The notes beneath the pieces are model-generated. The model saw only the letters and a list, made by a program, of their open reading frames with translations, made no database searches and was not told the origin of the DNA. Below, in pieces: positions 58,855 to 64,000 of a stretch of DNA of 64,000 bases. Source of the stretch: an uncultured Acidobacteriota bacterium (lineage in GTDB: Bacteria; Acidobacteriota; Thermoanaerobaculia; UBA5066); contig CAVZYA010000001.1 of the NCBI GenBank assembly GCA_963779415.1, positions 160,001 to 224,000 of the forward strand. The letters run 5' to 3'. The stretch's first letter is position 1. Each line of letters opens with the position of its first letter. The position numbers were made by a program, and so were the translations under genes.

Positions 58855-59428
58855 CTTTCTCGAGTCGCTCGGTTGGAACGGACCGTTGACGCCACAGAGT
58901 GCGCAGCTTGCGATGGGCGCGGTGAAGTACGTTTTTCGTAACGGCAGAACTCGAGCCGAGAACCGCCGCGATTTCGTCGATGGAGCATCCTTCGAAATAG
59001 CGGAGCGTGATGGTGAGTCGGTGCCGTACGGTCAGCCGACCGATGAGAGCGATGAGCCGCAACCGCTCCTGTTTAGAGATGACGGAAGCTTCGGGATCAG
59101 CGGCTCGATCCACGAGCGCGTCCGCACTCGACACGGGCAGCGAGCCGGGTGCTTCGCGTTTCCAGCGCTTCTGCCACGTGACCGACTCGTTGTACGCGAT
59201 ACGCAGAAGCCAGGTGCGGAAGCTCGACCGGCTCGCGAAGGATCCGAGGTGCGAATAGGCTTTCAGAAAAATGATCTGAGCAAGGTCGAGCGCCGACTGG
59301 TGAGACCCCGTGAAACCATAGGCAACCCGATACACCGCCTGCTGATGGCGGTGCATCAGTTCGTTGAATGCCTCCCGGTCGCCCCGCAGAACATCGGCAA
59401 TCAGGATTTCATCGGCTGGTTCTTTCAT
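58835..59428 (-). CDS. ECF RNA polymerase sigma factor
   Basis: GDREAFNELM, DLAQIIFLKAY, SFRTWLLRIAYN, LRYFEGCSIDEIAAVLG...VLHRA. Confidence 0.92.
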   Translation of the reverse strand: MKEPADEILIADVLRGDREAFNELMHRHQQAVYRVAYGFTGSHQSALDLAQIIFLKAYSHLGSFASRSSFRTWLLRIAYNESVTWQKRWKREAPGSLPVSSADALVDRAADPEASVISKQERLRLIALIGRLTVRHRLTITLRYFEGCSIDEIAAVLGSSSAVTKNVLHRAHRKLRTLWRQRSVPTERLEKDVHVRM

Positions 59429-59448
59429 CGAGGCCGCTTCAACATCAT

Positions 59449-59474
59449 TAGACAATCGGCTCGGAAAAAGGTGA
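59449..59474 (-). promoter_or_regulatory. Possible autoregulatory ECF promoter
   Basis: Minus strand TCACC-16 nt-GTCTA, ending 20 nt upstream of the sigma ATG. Confidence 0.3.
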
Positions 59475-59557
59475 GCCATGTTTCGGTCTCGCCGCCGCGA
59501 AAGAACCGCTCTGTCCTCCGGGAATTCAGCGACGGAGAACGGACTGTCCGATCTGCG

Positions 59558-60226
59558 CTAACCCCGCTTCGGGCGGGTGCGCTCTTCGACGGCTGCGAGG
59601 CGGTAGCTGAGGTTCTCGAGGAAGAGGGTGAGGTCGACGTTCTTGACCTCGAGGCCGGGGACCGGGGCGAGGGTGATCGGGGCGAAGTTCAGGATCGCCT
59701 TGACGCCCGCGGTCCGGAGGACGACGGCGACGGAGGGGACGGCCTCGGCGGGGATGGCCAGGACGCCGATCTCGGCCTTCTCGGCCGCCGCGGCCGCCGG
59801 AAGCTCGGAGATGTCGCGGATCAGGACGCCGGTGCGCGAGTGGCCGCCGACCTTCCGCCGGTCGTTGTCGAAGAGGGCCAGGACCCGGAAGCCGTCGGAA
59901 TTGAAGTTCTTCGAGTCGGCGAGCGCCTGGCCGAGATGGCCGGCCCCGATGACGACGACGGTCCGGGAACGGTCGAGGCCGAGGACGGCCGAGAGGCGCT
60001 GCTTCAGCTCCCCGACGCGGTAGCCGACGCCGCGAACGCCGAACTCGCCGAACTGCGCGAGGTCCTTCCGGATCTGCGCCGCGTTGAGCCCGAATCGCTC
60101 CGCGAGCTGCAGCGACGAGACGGTCCCGACGCCGTCCGTCTCGAGGATCCGGAGGCTTCGGAGGAGGAGCGAGAGGCGGTGGGTCGTCGCCTCGGAGACG
60201 GTCTCGGGGGGCTCTTTCGGCGTCAC
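59558..60226 (-). CDS. rex: Redox-sensing transcriptional repressor Rex
   Basis: SEATTHRLS, VSSLQLA, QIRKDLAQFGEFGVRGVGY, IGAGHLG, ILNFAP. Confidence 0.95.
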   Translation of the reverse strand: MTPKEPPETVSEATTHRLSLLLRSLRILETDGVGTVSSLQLAERFGLNAAQIRKDLAQFGEFGVRGVGYRVGELKQRLSAVLGLDRSRTVVVIGAGHLGQALADSKNFNSDGFRVLALFDNDRRKVGGHSRTGVLIRDISELPAAAAAEKAEIGVLAIPAEAVPSVAVVLRTAGVKAILNFAPITLAPVPGLEVKNVDLTLFLENLSYRLAAVEERTRPKRG

Positions 60227-60247
60227 GTCGCCTCCGCCTCCTCGCTC

Positions 60248-61717
60248 CTACCGGACCGCGAGGGCCTGGACGGCGACACGGGCCGCGTCGATCAGGCCGC
60301 GCGGGAGGATGCCGAAGAAGAGAATGCCGGCCCCGAGGAGGATCCAGGCCGCGCCCGCGAGGGCGTCATCCTCGTGGAGCGGCACCTCCCGGGTCGGCTC
60401 CTTCATCCAGAGGACGTAGACGACGCGAAGATAGTACCCGACGGAGACGAGGCTTCCGGCGACGCCGACGAGAGCGAGACCGACGAGGCCGGCGTCGACG
60501 GCCGAGCGGAAGACGAGAAGCTTCCCGATGAACCCGACGGTGGGCGGAAGGCCCGTGAGGGAGATCATCGAGAGCGTCAGGATCGCAGCCGCGGAGCCGT
60601 TCCGGCGGCCGAGCCCGGCGAGGTCGGCGAGCGACTTCGGCTCGGTCTCGCCGCTCGAGAGCGCCGCCACGGCGAGGAAGGCGGCGGCGTTCGTGACGAG
60701 GTATCCCGCGAGGAAGACGAGCGCTCCCTCGACGGCTTCGCGCGAGAGGGTGGCGAGAGCGATCGCGAGGTATCCCATCTGCGCGATCCCCGAGTAGGCG
60801 AGCATCCGTTTCAGGTCCCGCTGCGAGAGGGCCACGATGTTCCCGAAGAGGATCGACGCCACCGCCAGGAGGCCGAGGAGGGGCCGCCACGGCTCGGCCG
60901 TCCCGCTGCTTCCGGGCGGGACGACGGCATAGAGAAGGCGAAACGCGACGACGGCGGCGGCGGCCTTCGGGACGGTGGAGAGGAACGTGACGGCCGGGGT
61001 CGTCATCCCCTGGTAGACGTCGGGAGCCCAGGCGTGGAAGGGAACGAGCGCGAGCTTGAACGAGAGCCCCGCGAGGATGGCGACGGTCCCGACGACGACG
61101 AGCGGATCGAAGGCGAGGCTCACGGTCCCGCCGAACGCTCCGGCGATCCGGGGGAGATACGTCGTCCCGGTCCGGCCGTAGAGCGTCGCGACGCCATAGA
61201 GGAGGACGGCGGACGAGAGCGCCCCCATCAGGAAGTACTTCATCCCCGCTTCCGCCGAGGCGGGAAGCTCGCGGTACCACGACGCGAGGACGTAGAGCGG
61301 GATCGACATCAACTCGAGGCCGATGAAGACGACGAGGAGGTCGGTCCCTTTCGCCATCAGCATGGCGCCGGTCGCGGACCAGAGAAGGAGGGCGTAGAAC
61401 TCTCCCTGGTTCTTTCCGTCGCGCGCGAGCGTGGCGCCGGAGCCGAGGACGGCGATGGCCGCACCGGAGAGGACGAGCATCTCGACGAAGCGCGTCAGGG
61501 CGGACGTCTCCACGGCGCCGTCGAACCACGTGCCGGGGGCGGCGGCCCCGAAGATGTTCGCGAGCGCGAGCGTGCCGAGGGTCAGGTAGGGGAACGAGGG
61601 GCGCGTCGGACGGCCGAAGGCGTCGAGGAAGATCAGGAGGATCCCTGCGAGGGAAAGGAGGATTTCGGGCGCGACGGAGGCGAGATCGCCGGCGGAAACG
61701 TGGAGGAAGCCGGGCAT
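60248..61717 (-). CDS. nuoN: NADH-quinone oxidoreductase subunit N
   Basis: GEFYAL, GLELMS, EAGMKYF, FKLALVPFHAWAPDVYQG, KRMLAYSGI, YYLRV. Confidence 0.95.
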   Translation of the reverse strand: MPGFLHVSAGDLASVAPEILLSLAGILLIFLDAFGRPTRPSFPYLTLGTLALANIFGAAAPGTWFDGAVETSALTRFVEMLVLSGAAIAVLGSGATLARDGKNQGEFYALLLWSATGAMLMAKGTDLLVVFIGLELMSIPLYVLASWYRELPASAEAGMKYFLMGALSSAVLLYGVATLYGRTGTTYLPRIAGAFGGTVSLAFDPLVVVGTVAILAGLSFKLALVPFHAWAPDVYQGMTTPAVTFLSTVPKAAAAVVAFRLLYAVVPPGSSGTAEPWRPLLGLLAVASILFGNIVALSQRDLKRMLAYSGIAQMGYLAIALATLSREAVEGALVFLAGYLVTNAAAFLAVAALSSGETEPKSLADLAGLGRRNGSAAAILTLSMISLTGLPPTVGFIGKLLVFRSAVDAGLVGLALVGVAGSLVSVGYYLRVVYVLWMKEPTREVPLHEDDALAGAAWILLGAGILFFGILPRGLIDAARVAVQALAVR

Positions 61718-63261
61718 CAGGAGAGTCCCTTCGCGCGGAGAATCTGGACGACGACGTCGACGGAGGGGCCGATCAGCTTCAGGAGCGGCGCGGGATAGAG
61801 GCCGAGGAGGACGACGAGGACGATCATCGGGAGGGCTCCCGCGAACTCCCAGCCGTTGATGTCCGAAAGGTGGCGGTTCTCCGGGACGAGATCGGGGCCC
61901 CAGAAGACCTTCTGGATGAGCGTCAGGAGGTAGACGGCCCCGAGGATCATCCCGAGGGCGGCCACCGCGCTCCAGAGGACGCTCACGCGGAAGACGCCTC
62001 CGAGCATCAGGAATTCCCCGACAAAGCCGTTCAGACCCGGGAGTCCGGCCGAGCCCAGTGCCGCAATCAGAAAGAGCGTCGTCGTCAGCGGCACGCGCGC
62101 GGCGACGCCCCCGTAGTCGGCCATCTCGCGGGTGTGCCGCCTCTCGTAGAGGACGCCGACGAGGAGGAAGAGGAGGCCGGTCGTCAGGCCGTGCCCCACC
62201 ATCTGGACGATCGCTCCCGTGACTGCCATCGCCGTGCCGGCGAATATGGCGAGAACGACGAGCGCGAGGTGACTCACCGAAGAGTAGGCCACCAGCTTCT
62301 TCATGTCCTTCTGGGCGAAAGCGACCCACGCGCCGTAGACGACGCCGATGAGGGAGAGAAGGGCGATCAGCGGCGTGAAGCGGAGGGCGGAAGCCGGAAA
62401 GAGCGGGATCGCGAAGCGGAGGAGGCCGTACGCGCCGAGCTTCAGGAGGACCCCGGCCAGGATCACCGAGCCCCCCGTCGGGGCCTCGACGTGCGCATCC
62501 GGCAGCCACGTGTGAAGCGGCCAGAGCGGAACCTTGACGAGAAACGCGAGAGCGAAAGCCCCGAACAGGAGCGCCTCGGTGCCGGGGGGAAGGGCCCAGG
62601 CCCCTGCCGCCACGGCGCGCGTCCAGTCCAGGACGGAGAAGCTCCGGATCCCCGTCCTCTGCAGGTGGAGGTTCGCGCAGACGAGGATCGCGACGAACAT
62701 CAGGAGCGACCCGACCATCGTGAAGAGGAAGAACTTCATCGCGGCGTAGATCCGCCGCTTCCCGCCCCAGATCCCGATGATGAAGTACATCGGGACGAGC
62801 ATCACTTCCCAGAAGACGTAGAAGAGGATCGTGTCGAGTGCGACGAGGCTCCCGAGCATCCCCGTTTCGAGGATGAGGAAGGCCGCCATGTATCCCTTCA
62901 GGCGCGTCAGGTGCTGCCCGCAGGCGACGACGAGGACGCAGAGGGTCAGGAGCGTCGTCAGGAGGACGAGCGAGACCGCGAGCCCGTCCACGCCCAGCTC
63001 GTAGTAGATGCCGAAGCGGGGCATCCATGGCTGGTAGACGCGAAAACCGGTCACGCCCGGCGTCGCCGGGTCGAAGCGGAGCGCCATCAGGACGGAGGCG
63101 GCGAAGGTGAGGCCGGACGTGCCGACCGCGACCGCCTGGATGGCGGCCTTCGCCTCCTTCGGCACGAAGAGGAGGATCAGCGCCCCGACGACGGGAAGGA
63201 AGAGCATCGTCGTCAGAAGGTCGGTGCCGAGCCAGTCGAGGTGCAGGAGGGTCGTCAGCAT
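61717..63261 (-). CDS. nuoM: NADH-quinone oxidoreductase subunit M
   Basis: LGVDGL, FYVFWEVMLVPMY, KVPLWPLHTWLPDAHVEAPT, KKLVAYSSVSH, GLNGFVGE. Confidence 0.96.
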   Translation of the reverse strand: MLTTLLHLDWLGTDLLTTMLFLPVVGALILLFVPKEAKAAIQAVAVGTSGLTFAASVLMALRFDPATPGVTGFRVYQPWMPRFGIYYELGVDGLAVSLVLLTTLLTLCVLVVACGQHLTRLKGYMAAFLILETGMLGSLVALDTILFYVFWEVMLVPMYFIIGIWGGKRRIYAAMKFFLFTMVGSLLMFVAILVCANLHLQRTGIRSFSVLDWTRAVAAGAWALPPGTEALLFGAFALAFLVKVPLWPLHTWLPDAHVEAPTGGSVILAGVLLKLGAYGLLRFAIPLFPASALRFTPLIALLSLIGVVYGAWVAFAQKDMKKLVAYSSVSHLALVVLAIFAGTAMAVTGAIVQMVGHGLTTGLLFLLVGVLYERRHTREMADYGGVAARVPLTTTLFLIAALGSAGLPGLNGFVGEFLMLGGVFRVSVLWSAVAALGMILGAVYLLTLIQKVFWGPDLVPENRHLSDINGWEFAGALPMIVLVVLLGLYPAPLLKLIGPSVDVVVQILRAKGLS

Positions 63262-63267
63262 GGCCGG

Positions 63268-64000
63268 CTACCGGAGGAAGGCGTACGCCACGAGGAGGAG
63301 CACCCCGAGCGTGAAGGCGAGGGCGTAGTTGCGGACGTTTCCGGTCGTGAAGAACCGGAGGAGGTCTCCGGCCAGCTCCACGAGGAACGCCGAAGCGTTG
63401 GCGATGCCGTCGATGACGAGCGCGTCGACCCCTTTCCAGAGGACGCGTCCGATCTGGCGGAACGGGCCGAGGACCCCGGCCTCGATCCCCTCGTCCACGT
63501 TCCACTTGTTCTTCACGAGCGTCCCGACGATCCCTGCCTTCTCGCAGAAGGCGGCCGCGGCCGGAGAGACGACGATCTGCTCGGGCTTCTGCTGGGCGGC
63601 GTGGGCCGGGGCCGGGCGCCCGACGTACCACTTGACGGCGAGCGCGATCCCGGCGAGGGCCGCCGCGAGAGAGAGCGCCATCAGGGCCAGCTCGGCGCCG
63701 TGGGACATCTCGTGCTCGGGAACCTCCGCGAGCGAGGAGGAGAGGAAGCGCGGGAAGAGGTCGCTCAGGCCGAACGGCACCCAGAGGAAGCCGGAGACGG
63801 CCGCCCCCGCCGCGAGGATCCAGAGCGGGAGCGTCATCGTCGCCGGGCTCTCGTGCAGGTGGTGCTCCTGCTCGTGCGTCCCGCGGAAGTCCCCCGCGAA
63901 GGTCATTCGGACGAGGCGGAACATGTAGAAGGCGGTCATCGCGGCGGTCACGACGCCGACGACGTAGAGGACCGGATGTCCCGCGGCCGCCACCGAGCCG
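63268..64000 (-). CDS. nuoL: NADH-quinone oxidoreductase subunit L (C-terminal part; 5' end outside window)
   Basis: TAFYMFRL...F.G...HESP..MTLPL, NKWNVDE, IDGIAN, TGNVRNYA. Confidence 0.93.
   Translation of the reverse strand, partial: GSVAAAGHPVLYVVGVVTAAMTAFYMFRLVRMTFAGDFRGTHEQEHHLHESPATMTLPLWILAAGAAVSGFLWVPFGLSDLFPRFLSSSLAEVPEHEMSHGAELALMALSLAAALAGIALAVKWYVGRPAPAHAAQQKPEQIVVSPAAAAFCEKAGIVGTLVKNKWNVDEGIEAGVLGPFRQIGRVLWKGVDALVIDGIANASAFLVELAGDLLRFFTTGNVRNYALAFTLGVLLLVAYAFLR

Noticed and set aside
53431-59557. Mobile element or prophage call for the atypical block
   Set aside because: No integrase, transposase, tRNA target or terminal repeats were visible.
58817-61798. 993-aa plus-strand ORF
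   Set aside because: Antisense shadow of the sigma factor, rex and nuoN.
60248-63631. 1127-aa ORF suggesting an extended NuoN
   Set aside because: The upstream part is an off-frame reading of nuoL/nuoM; NuoN starts at ATG 61717.
1-64000. CRISPR arrays, tRNA/rRNA, SRP RNA near ffh, defence systems
   Set aside because: Intergenic gaps are short and I saw no spaced repeats or recognisable RNA gene motifs by eye; an Infernal/tRNAscan run would be needed to exclude small RNAs.

Overview
Gene-dense, very GC-rich bacterial chromosomal window. Gene content suggests Acidobacteriota/Thermoanaerobaculia-like or deltaproteobacterial affinity (inference only). Housekeeping blocks: hrcA-grpE-dnaK-dnaJ-prmA-rsmE, ilvE, pilT-recX-alaS, sppA, pgm, pgsA, a queG...trmB operon, ffh-rpsP-rimM-trmD-rplS-rnhB and nuoL-M-N-rex. 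Accessory content: a Tat-exported molybdenum hydroxylase operon (PaoABC-like, plus a small Cys-rich gene, mocA and xdhC), a coiled-coil methyltransferase with two GT4 genes, a TolC-Yip1-ABC export unit, and a compositionally distinct ECF sigma/anti-sigma/DUF4097/TlpA/serine hydrolase block. Best leads: (1) a dispersed Myxococcus-like polarity set (an orphan MglA GTPase with an extra C-terminal domain, an SgmX-like TPR protein and a PilT paralogue); (2) a NUDIX-Rieske fusion and a ferredoxin in the queG/trmB operon; (3) a small Cys-rich protein in the Mo-enzyme operon, coupled to an apparent ATT start of mocA; (4) recurrent -10 boxes about 9 nt upstream of SD-less starts; (5) a standalone small lipoprotein ending in Lys, with a strong promoter containing a palindrome; (6) a SigW-type promoter ahead of the yknWXYZ-like unit. 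Many single-base frameshifts, especially at 48-51.6 kb, look like assembly errors. No rRNA, tRNA, CRISPR array, transposase or integrase was seen.
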